Source: Candidatus Binatia bacterium
GTDB taxonomy: Bacteria > Desulfobacterota > Binatia > Bin18
Length of the DNA stretch: 64,000 bases
Direction of reading: 5' to 3'
Assembly (NCBI GenBank): GCA_963664395.2
Contig: OY761159.2
Location: forward strand, 4,192,001 to 4,256,000
Part shown: positions 21,225-30,463 of the stretch, piece by piece
Position numbering within the stretch: position 1 is the first letter of the stretch
Layout: every line of letters begins with the position of its first letter
Translations under genes and position numbers: made by a program
The notes under the pieces: generated by a model
Database searches by the model: none
What the model saw: the letters and a program-made list of their open reading frames with translations, nothing else
Told to the model about the DNA's origin: nothing

Positions 21225-24119
21225 TTACCCTATTAAAGGGGGCCGTAAAGCGTCATCAGAGATGAGTTCCGCAGGGTCAATTCCTACTGACGGAACTCCC
21301 GGCCCAATAATGGCCTCCCCTTCTTTCTCTTTCTTCGCCAGTTCTTGATTTAGAGTAAGGAGAAACGCGAGGAGATTATCACTCTTGCTCATCCCATACG
21401 CATCTCGGACAGCAGCATCAAGCTTTGCATGGGCGTCCCTAAGAGAGTTCCGGCCTGGCAGTTCTAAAGTGCGGTAGAGATCACGCAGGCTAAGGCCGTG
21501 AGTAGCCATGTGGCTACGTCGAATTTCCCTCAATATCGTAGACATTTCGGCGATCTGCTTGACCTGCGCTTTCGTTGGAGATTGGGGCCAAGGAAAGGAA
21601 TCAAATACGGTATTGCTCGTATAACGGAAGTCTCCTTTAAGGGTCGAGCATCTTTCAGTAAACCACTCCCAATGCATACCTGACTGTAGTATCCCAAAAG
21701 AATAATCGTCAGGTAAGGGAAAAACCTGAACAGCATCGTTGGGCCTGATGGAAGAATGGATAAATTCAAAAATTGGCCGTTTTGTCACCCGGCCACACAC
21801 TATGAATCGTGGCATCTGAGTAATCTTGCTTATCAATTCAGGTCGCGGGTATGAGAGGAGCCACCATCGCTTGAGAAAGTTCTGATGGTGCGTATTAACC
21901 CGCGCTTTTGGGTTGTCTAAGAGAGCTTCTTCGTTTCGTCTCTGCTCTTTTTTTGCGGCCTCTTCTCGGGTGGGTAGGACACGATCTTTTATTCTTTGAA
22001 AAGGGAGTTCATAACGGCCTGCTTCAAAAATATCACGCGGGTGAAAATTAATAACATATCGTTGCGGACAGGGAGGCTTAGAAGCAAAAAGCTCTCCTGC
22101 CGTTAGATACGGAAACAAGACCTCACGGTTAATGGGGGCACTTTGATAGAACTCGGCAGCTTCATTTGGGTGAAGGAGAAATCCTTTATGTCCATGAGTC
22201 TGACCCTGGTAGCAAGCAGGTGACTCACTATTCACTCGGATTGACCGTGCCTGCGTTATATCTACTCCCGGTGAGAGTGCTGCATTGATATCTTCCAATT
22301 CATAAACCTGCCACGGGCTATCAAGGCGGTCCCCAAGCTGCTTGAATAACTTCTTGGGGCCTGGAGCTTGGCCCCTCACCCAATTTACAATGGAGACGTG
22401 AACAGCCGCGTCTCCAGGCCAAACTTGAGTAGATACTGCCTCGACAATGGTTCCTCTGTTGGCGACAATATATTCTAGTCCTCCTTCTCTTGAGTAGTTT
22501 TGTCGAATTGTATTGGTTCCGACCAAGCCAGCCCTTCCCCCCTCTTTTAGCGAATCGTGGGCACGACGAAACCAGTAGACGCAGAAATCTGCATGGCCAG
22601 GCACGTCTGGATATCTTGCATGGACTCGGTTCACATATGCAGGACCGAATTCTTGCTGCATCTTATTCTTTGCCTGATAAGGCGGATTTCCTATAATCAC
22701 ATCTGCATATGGCCAGTCACAGAATAGAGCATCATCGGCCACAATATGGGCATCGAGGTTATCAAGTGGTAGCGGCTCCTCAAGATCAAAAGGCAGGTCT
22801 TGCTGGGCGGCAAATCGGGACTCTTTCGTTTCCGCTAGGGAGATACGCTTGGCGAGCATCAGCGTGACTTTTGCCAGTTCAACCGCAAACGGGTCTATAT
22901 CGATCCCATAGAATTGTGTTGTACTAATTAACGACCGTGCTCCGGCAGCACGGCGTGCGCGTTCGCCAAAATTTTCATGAATTTTCTGAAGAATCTCCAT
23001 CTCAAGATTCACCAGTTCTCGATAGGCAACATAGAGGAAATTCCCACTGCCACACGCCGGATCAAGCACTTGAAAGCGAAGAATCTCCTGTGCCAAGCTC
23101 TCTAATTCTCGCAAAGAATTCGCCTGCTCAATGCGCTCCTGCCAGGGGAGAATTATAGTCGGCAGAACGACCTTTTGAATGTCAGCCTCGTGGGTGAAAT
23201 GTGCCCCTAAAGTATGCTGCTGGTCTTGATCCATAGAATTCTGAAAGAGCGTGCCAAAAATAGGTGGAGCTACGCTCGACCAGCGCTCCTGGGCGGCATC
23301 GAGGAGCAATTGGCATTCCGTTGTGTCCAGCTCAAGCGGATCAATGGTATTGAATAAGCCGCCATTAAAATATGCCACTCCTTGGTAGCGCCCTCCACGC
23401 GCTAGACGAGTATCACTCATCTGACGAAACAGTCCCCCAATAAGATCATAGGAACTGCTTCCTTCGACACAATCACTCAGGAGTTGGGTAAAGAAACCAG
23501 AAGGAAGAAGATTGAAATCCTCCGCGAACATTGTCACGACGCATTGAAGAATGAAGCGTTGGGCCGTCTCTCGCGATTCTCCTCGGTCAATGAGGGCGTG
23601 AAACACTTTGGCAACTTTAGCGGCTGCCTCACGGGTAACTTTGACTTTGTCGTTCCCAAAAAGTGGTGGGGGGTCATGAGGTAAAAGGAAATTAAGAGCA
23701 GTATAGCGGTGTGGTAATTCTTCTAGTGTGACAGAATCGACTGGACTATCGAGCTGTGTGTTGAAATCGTAGACCCAAAATTCATCGAAATTGCACAGCA
23801 CCACATAGCGGGGACGATCCGGAACCAGTCCGATCCAATATTCAAACGCTTGACGATAATGCTTTTCCAGATGCTCCCCACGGCTCTTCATTTCTATGAG
23901 GACGCGGGGAGGCCAGAAGAGATCAGCAAACCCTTTCCTCCGCCCTGATCGTTTTTCTACAGGGAACTCTAAAGTTGCCCCAGCTTCCTTGTAGCCGTCA
24001 TGGCCGAAGGCTTGAAACAGACGATCACAATAGACCTGAGCTTCCCCTTTCTCGCTACCTTTGAGTATTTGGACATAATCAACGAACTTTTGGATACGCC
24101 CCACCACTTCCTCTTTCAC
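21225..24119 (-). CDS. MmeI-like type IIL/IIG fused restriction endonuclease / N6-adenine methyltransferase
   Basis: N-terminal PD-(D/E)xK nuclease (FADLFWP...LIEMKS), GAHFT, motif I VLDPACGSGNFL, motif IV IIGNPPY, MmeI-type C-terminus (RYTSNTVFDSFPWP; LRDAHAKLDAAVRDAYG); visibly AT-richer than neighbours. Confidence 0.9.
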   Translation of the reverse strand: MKEEVVGRIQKFVDYVQILKGSEKGEAQVYCDRLFQAFGHDGYKEAGATLEFPVEKRSGRRKGFADLFWPPRVLIEMKSRGEHLEKHYRQAFEYWIGLVPDRPRYVVLCNFDEFWVYDFNTQLDSPVDSVTLEELPHRYTALNFLLPHDPPPLFGNDKVKVTREAAAKVAKVFHALIDRGESRETAQRFILQCVVTMFAEDFNLLPSGFFTQLLSDCVEGSSSYDLIGGLFRQMSDTRLARGGRYQGVAYFNGGLFNTIDPLELDTTECQLLLDAAQERWSSVAPPIFGTLFQNSMDQDQQHTLGAHFTHEADIQKVVLPTIILPWQERIEQANSLRELESLAQEILRFQVLDPACGSGNFLYVAYRELVNLEMEILQKIHENFGERARRAAGARSLISTTQFYGIDIDPFAVELAKVTLMLAKRISLAETKESRFAAQQDLPFDLEEPLPLDNLDAHIVADDALFCDWPYADVIIGNPPYQAKNKMQQEFGPAYVNRVHARYPDVPGHADFCVYWFRRAHDSLKEGGRAGLVGTNTIRQNYSREGGLEYIVANRGTIVEAVSTQVWPGDAAVHVSIVNWVRGQAPGPKKLFKQLGDRLDSPWQVYELEDINAALSPGVDITQARSIRVNSESPACYQGQTHGHKGFLLHPNEAAEFYQSAPINREVLFPYLTAGELFASKPPCPQRYVINFHPRDIFEAGRYELPFQRIKDRVLPTREEAAKKEQRRNEEALLDNPKARVNTHHQNFLKRWWLLSYPRPELISKITQMPRFIVCGRVTKRPIFEFIHSSIRPNDAVQVFPLPDDYSFGILQSGMHWEWFTERCSTLKGDFRYTSNTVFDSFPWPQSPTKAQVKQIAEMSTILREIRRSHMATHGLSLRDLYRTLELPGRNSLRDAHAKLDAAVRDAYGMSKSDNLLAFLLTLNQELAKKEKEGEAIIGPGVPSVGIDPAELISDDALRPPLIG

Positions 24120-24191
24120 TGGATTTGCTCCTTAGCCTGATCTCATACTCGCGCTAACTGCCCCTCACGCACCTCTGCTATCCCTAGTTTT

Positions 24192-24225
24192 TGGGTAAAA
24201 TTGTATATAATTCCTTTCGAGAGGG
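24192..24225. repeat. Right copy of imperfect inverted repeat flanking the MmeI-like gene
   Basis: tgggtaaaattgtatataattcctttcgagaggg, inverted relative to 21174-21210. Confidence 0.75.
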
Positions 24226-24267
24226 GGGAGTGTTTTTGAAACGGAAGAGTATGCAATGCTTGATAGC

Positions 24268-26385
24268 TTAACGGGTTGTTTCAGCTGCTTCCGTGTGCGC
24301 TGCCTCTTCCGCGTCATTGAGCGACTCGGAGACGAGTTCAACCAGGTCTTTGACCTGAACTTTCTCGTCGAGATTCTTCCCTTTGACTGCATCGTCCATC
24401 ATGATCATGCAGTAAGGGCAGCCGACGGCGATGGTCTCGGGTTCGGCTTTCATGAGTTGGTCTAGGCGGGTGTAGTTGATACGTGAACCCTGGGTCTCTT
24501 CTTTCCAGACTGAACCGCCACCTGCACCGCAACAGAATGTGCGGTTTTTGGACTGCTCGACGTCATTGAGCTTGATGCCCGGAATGGCCCGCAAGGCCTC
24601 CCGAGGCGGCGCGTAACGACCATTGTGGCGACTGAGATAGCAGGGATCGTGGAAGGTCGTGTTCTGCTCATTCAGGACGCGCGGGCTGATCTTGTCTCGC
24701 TTGACCAGCTCCTCAATATACTCCGAGCTGTGGTAGACTTGATAGTTTCCGCCAAGGTCCGGATATTCGTTGGCAATCGTATGAAAGCAGTGCGGACACT
24801 GGGTAATTACTTCCTTGACATTATAGCCATTCATGGTCTGTACATTTTTCTCAGCAAGCGTGCTGTACAGATATTCATTGCCCAAACGACGCGCCGGATC
24901 ACCCGTACAGCCTTCCTCTTTGCCCAGAATGGCGAAGCGCACGCCGGCTTTCTGTAAGATGTTGACCATGGCGGTGGAGACTTTTTGGTTGCGCTCATCA
25001 AACGAACCTGCACAGCCGACCCAGTAGAGCACCTCGGCTTCGGGGTCTTCGGCCAGGGTTTTCACTCCGAGACCGGTAGCCCAGTCTGCGCGTTTATCAA
25101 AGCCTAAGTTCCACGGGTTGGAGTTGGTTTCCAGGCCCTTGAACACCTTGACGACTTCGTGTGGAAAACGCGCTTCCATCATGACATCGTAACGGCGCAT
25201 GTCCACGATACGTTGGATATGCTCGATATTGACCGGGCAGCCCTCTTCACACCAACCGCAGGTAGTGCAGCCCCAAATGACATCTTCAGTCGCAACCTCG
25301 CTAATCATGTCCGCCCCGTCCCAGACCGGCAGTTCAATCTGTTCACCGCTTTGAGCGTTCCGCGCTTTGACCGCGGCAAGCTGCAAGAGGAAGGGCGTCT
25401 TTTGGATTAAATGCTCGCGCTGCACCATGACCAGATTTTTAGGATTGAGGGGCTTATCCGTGTTGACCGTGGGACAATTGAGCGTACAGCGTCCGCACTC
25501 AAGACACGACGCCATGTCGAGCAATTGTTTCCAGTTATACTCTTCCACCTGAGAGACGCCAAAGGTTTCAGCGGTTTCAAAATCGGTAATCGGTTCCAGA
25601 CGACCACGCGGTTTGAGATTGCTGAAGAAGATGTTGACCGGTGCCAGGAACATATGCCGCATCTTGGTAAAGGGAATCGAAGCGAAAAAGGCGGTAATGA
25701 TGAGCAGGTGAACCCACCACACGATTTGATGCGTGCCTTCTCCTGCGTCGGCCAGGGCAAAGACACCGGCGAACGCCATCCCCGCATAGGCCCAGCCCGG
25801 ATGACTGGCGGGGTTGGTGTGAATACGAACCCCTTCAAGCATGAGGCCGGTCACGCCAATGAGCAGGATGAGCAGCAAAGGCAGGCCATAGCCCATACGA
25901 TTCTCGAAATTGTCGACCATTTTTTCTTCGTCTGGACCAGCATGCGCCGCGGGCTGCTGGATGTAGCGGCGATACAGAAACAGGCCGCAGGCGGCAATGA
26001 GCAAGAGGCCGCAGGTGTCGAGGACAAATTTATAGACTTTGTAAAAGGCCCCAAAATAGAAATGCATGGGCGTGTCATGCTCTAGCGTGACGAGCCCGGT
26101 ACCGATGAACAGGCCGAAGAAGGCCACAAAGAGCGTCAGATGGTAGAGACCTCCCGGTTTTTCCTGCACGACGTTGCCTTGTCCAAAGGCTTCGAGGAGA
26201 AAGAGTTTGGTCCGTTCTGGAATATTATCAATACGGCTGACTGGTGCCCCGTGCCTAATCCGATTCCACCATTCGTAGGCGAGATACAGGGGCGCACCAA
26301 AGAAGGTGGTGAGCAGGAGCATATACATGACTACCTTGCCCGCCAGTGAGATATTCCACAAAATTTCTCTGGTGACCTCTTCCAT
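24268..26385 (-). CDS. Membrane Fe-S oxidoreductase (FadF / ETF:menaquinone oxidoreductase-like, HdrD-related)
   Basis: NarI-like TM region with His residues, two ferredoxin motifs (CLECGRCTLNCP, CTTCGWCEEGCP) and two CCG domains (CTGD..CPHC; HDPC..CCGAGGG..CPYC); GGGAGG RBS before ATG 26385. Confidence 0.9.
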   Translation of the reverse strand: MEEVTREILWNISLAGKVVMYMLLLTTFFGAPLYLAYEWWNRIRHGAPVSRIDNIPERTKLFLLEAFGQGNVVQEKPGGLYHLTLFVAFFGLFIGTGLVTLEHDTPMHFYFGAFYKVYKFVLDTCGLLLIAACGLFLYRRYIQQPAAHAGPDEEKMVDNFENRMGYGLPLLLILLIGVTGLMLEGVRIHTNPASHPGWAYAGMAFAGVFALADAGEGTHQIVWWVHLLIITAFFASIPFTKMRHMFLAPVNIFFSNLKPRGRLEPITDFETAETFGVSQVEEYNWKQLLDMASCLECGRCTLNCPTVNTDKPLNPKNLVMVQREHLIQKTPFLLQLAAVKARNAQSGEQIELPVWDGADMISEVATEDVIWGCTTCGWCEEGCPVNIEHIQRIVDMRRYDVMMEARFPHEVVKVFKGLETNSNPWNLGFDKRADWATGLGVKTLAEDPEAEVLYWVGCAGSFDERNQKVSTAMVNILQKAGVRFAILGKEEGCTGDPARRLGNEYLYSTLAEKNVQTMNGYNVKEVITQCPHCFHTIANEYPDLGGNYQVYHSSEYIEELVKRDKISPRVLNEQNTTFHDPCYLSRHNGRYAPPREALRAIPGIKLNDVEQSKNRTFCCGAGGGSVWKEETQGSRINYTRLDQLMKAEPETIAVGCPYCMIMMDDAVKGKNLDEKVQVKDLVELVSESLNDAEEAAHTEAAETTR

Positions 26386-26525
26386 ATTCTTCCTCCCGGC
26401 CTGTCCTGTACAGCTCTTTTTTGTGTCAGTTTTGAGGCAGAGCCGCAAGGGTGCCTCTCCGGACATCCGGTAGCAACGGAGCAGAATCGAATGATCCGTT
26501 GCATACGCCCGCTCATGCCGAAGCT

Positions 26526-26729
26526 CTAGTCGAGTAGCCTCGGTCCCCGATAGGTCGGCGGCTGCCACCCGCGCGCGAAACAGTCCTGGCACACGGGAAC
26601 AGTTTTCTTCACGCCGTCTTCTTCGACCAAGAACCCCCTGATGTATGGATATTCTGTGGAGACTACTTTTCCACAGTCCGGGTTCGCACACTGGACTCTC
26701 AGGATCGTATTTTCATGAGGACGTGCCAT
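26526..26729 (-). CDS. Small hypothetical protein with four Cys (C-x4-C ... C-x2-C), putative metal binder
   Basis: GGAGG RBS before ATG 26729; 67 aa with CANPDC and CQDC. Confidence 0.7.
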   Translation of the reverse strand: MARPHENTILRVQCANPDCGKVVSTEYPYIRGFLVEEDGVKKTVPVCQDCFARGWQPPTYRGPRLLD

Positions 26730-26781
26730 TACTGCCTCCACATTGCCCAGTCGTTATTGGATAAAAACCGTCCGTATATTA

Positions 26782-26891
26782 GAAGCCATCTCATACATGA
26801 AATGATAGAGTGTGGAGCAGGACTCGACACGAAGACCTGACTGAGGAGCAATGGGGACTCATAGCGCCGCCGCTATGTATGAGACCGCTGC
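26782..26891 (+). mobile_element. Internally deleted IS5-family relic (MITE-like)
   Basis: Terminal inverted repeats gaagccatctcatacat / atgtatgagaccgctgc (14/17) enclose a frame reading TRHEDLTEEQWGLIAPPL, like IS5-family transposase N-termini. Confidence 0.72.
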
Positions 26892-26906
26892 TTGCTGATC
26901 GGACGA

Positions 26907-28103
26907 TTATATAATTCCGTCGTCTTTGAGCCCCGCCAAGTCCCCTGCCGTCAGACCCAGGAGTGAGCCGAAAATATCTGTATTGTGCTGCCCCAGGAGC
27001 GGCGCCGGCCGTACTTCGGCTGGAGAATCTGACATGTGTACTGCGCAGCCCGGCATCGTAAAACGGCCACGAGTTGGATGCTCGACACTTGTGATCATGC
27101 CGCGCTCTTTGAGATGTTCATTGGCTAAAATATCACCGCTGTCGAGCACCGCCCCACACGGCACTCCGGCCTTGCCAAAGGCTTCCATCACCGAAAATTT
27201 GTCTCGCTGTTTCGTCCAGTCCGCAATGATGCCAAACACTTCGTCAAAGTGTTCATTGCGACTCTTCTGGTCGTGAAAACGTGGATCGTTGATGAGGTCC
27301 GCCCGTCCGATTGTTGTCAGGGTGCTCTCCCACATCGCCGGGGTGGTGTTGATGATGTACGCATAGTCGTTGGGACCACCCGGTGCGCACGGATAGAGAT
27401 CGGTTGGGGCCAGACCGGCAAGCCGATTGCCCGAGCGTGGTGCTGGGACGCTGCCATAATAATGACTCATCATGCCAATGCGACTCAGATTGACCACCGC
27501 ATCCTGCATGGCAACCTCGACCCGTTGACCGCTGCCGGTTTTCTCGCGCTGGAGCAGGGCCGAGAGAATGCCAACCGCGCAGTGGATGCCGGTTCCGGTA
27601 TCGCCTATTGTCGGACCTGGCCGCAGCGGCGGCGTGTCCTGGGTGCCGGTGATACTCATCGCTCCGCCGGTGGCTTGCGCAATCATGTCAAAGCTCTTGA
27701 ATCCGGAATAAGGGCCGTAGGTCCCAAACCCCTTGACCTGAGCGTAGACAATCCGCGGATTGATTGCGGCGACAACGTCATACCCCAAGCCCAGGTTGGC
27801 GACCGCGCCCGGACCGTAATTCTCAACCAAGACGTCAAAATGCGGCACGAGCTGCTTAAAGAGGTCCAGTCCTTTCTCACTTTTGAGGTTGATGCTGATG
27901 CTTTTTTTGCTGGCGTTCAATAAGAGAAAATAGGGCGAATCGAGTCCCGGCTTATCGGTAATGAGATACCGGCCCTGATCTCCCCCTTTGGGCGGCTCAA
28001 CCTTCACCACGTCTGCACCCAGAAAGGCCAAAATTTCAGTACACGAAGGGCCGGCCTCAAATTGGGTTAAATCGAGTATTCGAATATGATCCAGAGCGCT
28101 CAC
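26907..28103 (-). CDS. Family III CoA-transferase, formyl-CoA transferase-like
   Basis: ILDLTQFEAGP, LGADVVKVEP, catalytic Asp region GDTGTG, Frc-like CAPGGPNDYAYI, APLLGQHN. Confidence 0.9.
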   Translation of the reverse strand: MSALDHIRILDLTQFEAGPSCTEILAFLGADVVKVEPPKGGDQGRYLITDKPGLDSPYFLLLNASKKSISINLKSEKGLDLFKQLVPHFDVLVENYGPGAVANLGLGYDVVAAINPRIVYAQVKGFGTYGPYSGFKSFDMIAQATGGAMSITGTQDTPPLRPGPTIGDTGTGIHCAVGILSALLQREKTGSGQRVEVAMQDAVVNLSRIGMMSHYYGSVPAPRSGNRLAGLAPTDLYPCAPGGPNDYAYIINTTPAMWESTLTTIGRADLINDPRFHDQKSRNEHFDEVFGIIADWTKQRDKFSVMEAFGKAGVPCGAVLDSGDILANEHLKERGMITSVEHPTRGRFTMPGCAVHMSDSPAEVRPAPLLGQHNTDIFGSLLGLTAGDLAGLKDDGII

Positions 28104-28353
28104 ACTTCACCCCCTTTTTCGTTTGGCCGCAGGCTGCCTGTTGACGAACATCGCAGTGAGTCTGGGCCAATACTAGCGCTGTTGTCGGCCTTCGACCAGA
28201 CCTCGCCGGAGACAGTCGGTCGATAATCTGAAAATCTCCCAGCCAAGTCTTGTGGAGCGACAGATGCAGATAATGGAACACTCAGATTTTGAAAGCCGTG
28301 CCACGTGTGCTAGGGGCTTAGGGGTAGGAGCAAATCTTTAAAGGAGGTGTCTG

Positions 28354-29223
28354 ATGCGGACAAAGCACGTATTGTGTGGTCTGGTCGTTGTTGCCCTGAT
28401 TGGTGGTTTCAGCTCGCGCGCGATGGCCGAGTTTTTCCCGTGGTGGGCTTTCGACAGCGTCATTGAGGAGGTCCAGCACCGTGGGACTCTGAGAGTGGGT
28501 CTCGGTCTGTTCGAGCCCTGGTCGGCCTGCAACGCAGACGGCGAGCTGATCGGCTTCGAGATCGATGTTGCGACGAAAGTGGCCGAGGACATGGGGGTTG
28601 AGGTCGAATTTGCTCGGACGAACTGGACCTACATCATCTCGGAACTGATCGCTGAGGAGTTTGACGTCATTATCAGTGGTATGGCGATCCTTCCGGAACG
28701 CAATCTCAGGGTCAATTTTACGTCACCGTACAACTCCAGCGGTGTCTACCTGGTGGCGAATACAGAGAAAACCGCAGACCTGGAAACGCTGGCAGATTTT
28801 AACAGTTCCGATGTCACGCTTGCGACCCGTCGGGGAGCATCGTCCGTGGGTTTTGTCGAGAATACTTTTCCTGATGCCATGTTACTGCTCTTTGATACCG
28901 ATAACGCTGTCCTCCAGGCAGTCGTCGACGGTGACGCTCATGCTGCGGCGGCGTTCGCGACGACTCGAACAACGTGGGTTAAGGCTCACCCGGAGACCCT
29001 GAATCTGCCCTTCGAGGAGCCGTTTGCCTCGGAAGTGGGAGCGATAGCCGTGCGCAAAGGTGACCTCGATACCTTAAATTTCTTCAATACCTGGATCGCG
29101 GCCAACACGGCTAGCGGCTGGCTCGAACAGCGCAGCCAGTATTGGTTCGGGACCCGCGAGTGGGCCGACCAAGTCGCCACCGATTCTGAAACCGTTGCTG
29201 AGTGCGATGAATCCTTTGAATAG
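28354..29223 (+). CDS. Amino-acid ABC transporter substrate-binding protein (family 3), no cognate permease nearby
   Basis: Signal peptide; RGTLRVG, LIGFEIDVA, FDVIISGM, ERNLRVNFTSPY; AAGGAGG RBS. Confidence 0.9.
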   Translation: MRTKHVLCGLVVVALIGGFSSRAMAEFFPWWAFDSVIEEVQHRGTLRVGLGLFEPWSACNADGELIGFEIDVATKVAEDMGVEVEFARTNWTYIISELIAEEFDVIISGMAILPERNLRVNFTSPYNSSGVYLVANTEKTADLETLADFNSSDVTLATRRGASSVGFVENTFPDAMLLLFDTDNAVLQAVVDGDAHAAAAFATTRTTWVKAHPETLNLPFEEPFASEVGAIAVRKGDLDTLNFFNTWIAANTASGWLEQRSQYWFGTREWADQVATDSETVAECDESFE

Positions 29224-29344
29224 TTGGCTTCGGGTGGAGGCGTCCGGACGGCCCGCAATGTTCCGGCTGGACGCTTCCCCATGGTGACATCCCCAGTTAA
29301 ATCCTCATGACCTCCACCGAGCGACTACTCATCCACATCACGCT

Positions 29345-29764
29345 TTAGTCTTCAAACGCATTGCTGGAGTCTGGGCCGAATGGCCCATCTCGACCGAGGG
29401 CGAAATCTTCGTCTTGCCCGACCTGGCTGCCTTCGGTCTCTCCTTCCCCTTGGTTGAATATCTCTTCACGCTTAGTGGCGTCGGCGGCCGCTGGCACCTC
29501 TTGGGCGGGAAGGGCCGCTGGCACCCCTTGAGCGGGAAGGGCCGGGGGCGGTGTTTCCGTTTGCGACGCGGAATCCGGGTGCGTTCCAAAACTCGCCGCG
29601 GGTGGAAGTTCGGCGTCGATTGAGCGGGCTTTGCGGGTTGGTGTGTTGGAGTAGTGGACTGTCCCCTTGCTGTCAACCCATTTGTAAATGGCTCCTTGCG
29701 CAAGTCCCACGTTCGGCCAGACAAGCAGCCCGAAACTGAAAATGATTATTGCAATGCCTCTCAT
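29345..29764 (-). CDS. DUF4124-domain exported protein with low-complexity tail
   Basis: Signal peptide then IYKWVDSKGTVHYSNTP. Confidence 0.85.
   Translation of the reverse strand: MRGIAIIIFSFGLLVWPNVGLAQGAIYKWVDSKGTVHYSNTPTRKARSIDAELPPAASFGTHPDSASQTETPPPALPAQGVPAALPAQEVPAAADATKREEIFNQGEGETEGSQVGQDEDFALGRDGPFGPDSSNAFED
29486..29544. repeat. 27-bp in-frame tandem duplication (ALPAQGVPA/ALPAQEVPA)
   Basis: ggccgctggcacctcttgggcgggaag followed by ggccgctggcaccccttgagcgggaag. Confidence 0.85.
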
Positions 29765-29935
29765 TACACGCTGGCCTCCTGGACGGTATACTATTAGTGT
29801 GGCATAGCCCGTGGTGGGGAAGCAAATAAACAAGAGGGCTGCCGACTCGGTTGAATTGTCCTGGTGCAAAAGTTAGCTTCGGAGCGTTTTATTGTGTTGG
29901 CTGCAACGGAGGGGACCCTTTCGTAGAGATGTGTT

Positions 29936-30412
29936 ATGCCACCGACTGATCTGCCCAGCCACAGGACGAATAACTCGCAGGAGCCTCTCTACTCTGTGTG
30001 GGCGGTTGTCCTAGCAACTTTCCTCGGCTCCCCCCTTGCCGGTGGTGTCCTGCTATCAATGAATTGCTGGAGATTGTCTCAACCCCGGGCCGTTCGAGAG
30101 ATATTCCTGTGGACAGGGCTTCTGACCGTAGGCTCGTTGCTCCTCAGCGGGTTGGTATCGCAAGAGCAAGGTATGGTTGAGGCTCTGTTGGTTGGTCTCC
30201 AAGTGTTTGTCATGTATTTCCTGGCGACTCGTCTGCAAGGACGGGCTATTGCCCTGCACATCCAACACGGTGGCGCGATCGCGTCGTATTGGAGCGCGAT
30301 TGCTATAGGGATTGTGTGTGGCATTGTCCTGCTCTGGGTATTGGTTGGATTAGGACTGATGCCCGCACCTGGAACCGGTATAGAGGGAGAGAGTCTACAG
30401 GGGTTCTTGTAG
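29936..30412 (+). CDS. Hypothetical integral membrane protein
   Basis: About four hydrophobic segments; ATFLGSPLAGGVL motif. Confidence 0.75.
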   Translation: MPPTDLPSHRTNNSQEPLYSVWAVVLATFLGSPLAGGVLLSMNCWRLSQPRAVREIFLWTGLLTVGSLLLSGLVSQEQGMVEALLVGLQVFVMYFLATRLQGRAIALHIQHGGAIASYWSAIAIGIVCGIVLLWVLVGLGLMPAPGTGIEGESLQGFL

Positions 30413-30463
30413 ACAGCTTACGACGTATCGGTTCTGCCTCACCCTTATGTCTTCTGAGTGGCC

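Noticed and set aside
26386-26691. N-terminal 100-aa extension of the Fe-S oxidoreductase in the ORF track
   Set aside because: It overlaps the small Cys ORF and hairpin region; a strong RBS supports ATG 26385.
28285-28305. Sigma54 promoter (TGGCAC on the minus strand) for the CoA-transferase
   Set aside because: The -12 TTGC element is absent at the required spacing.
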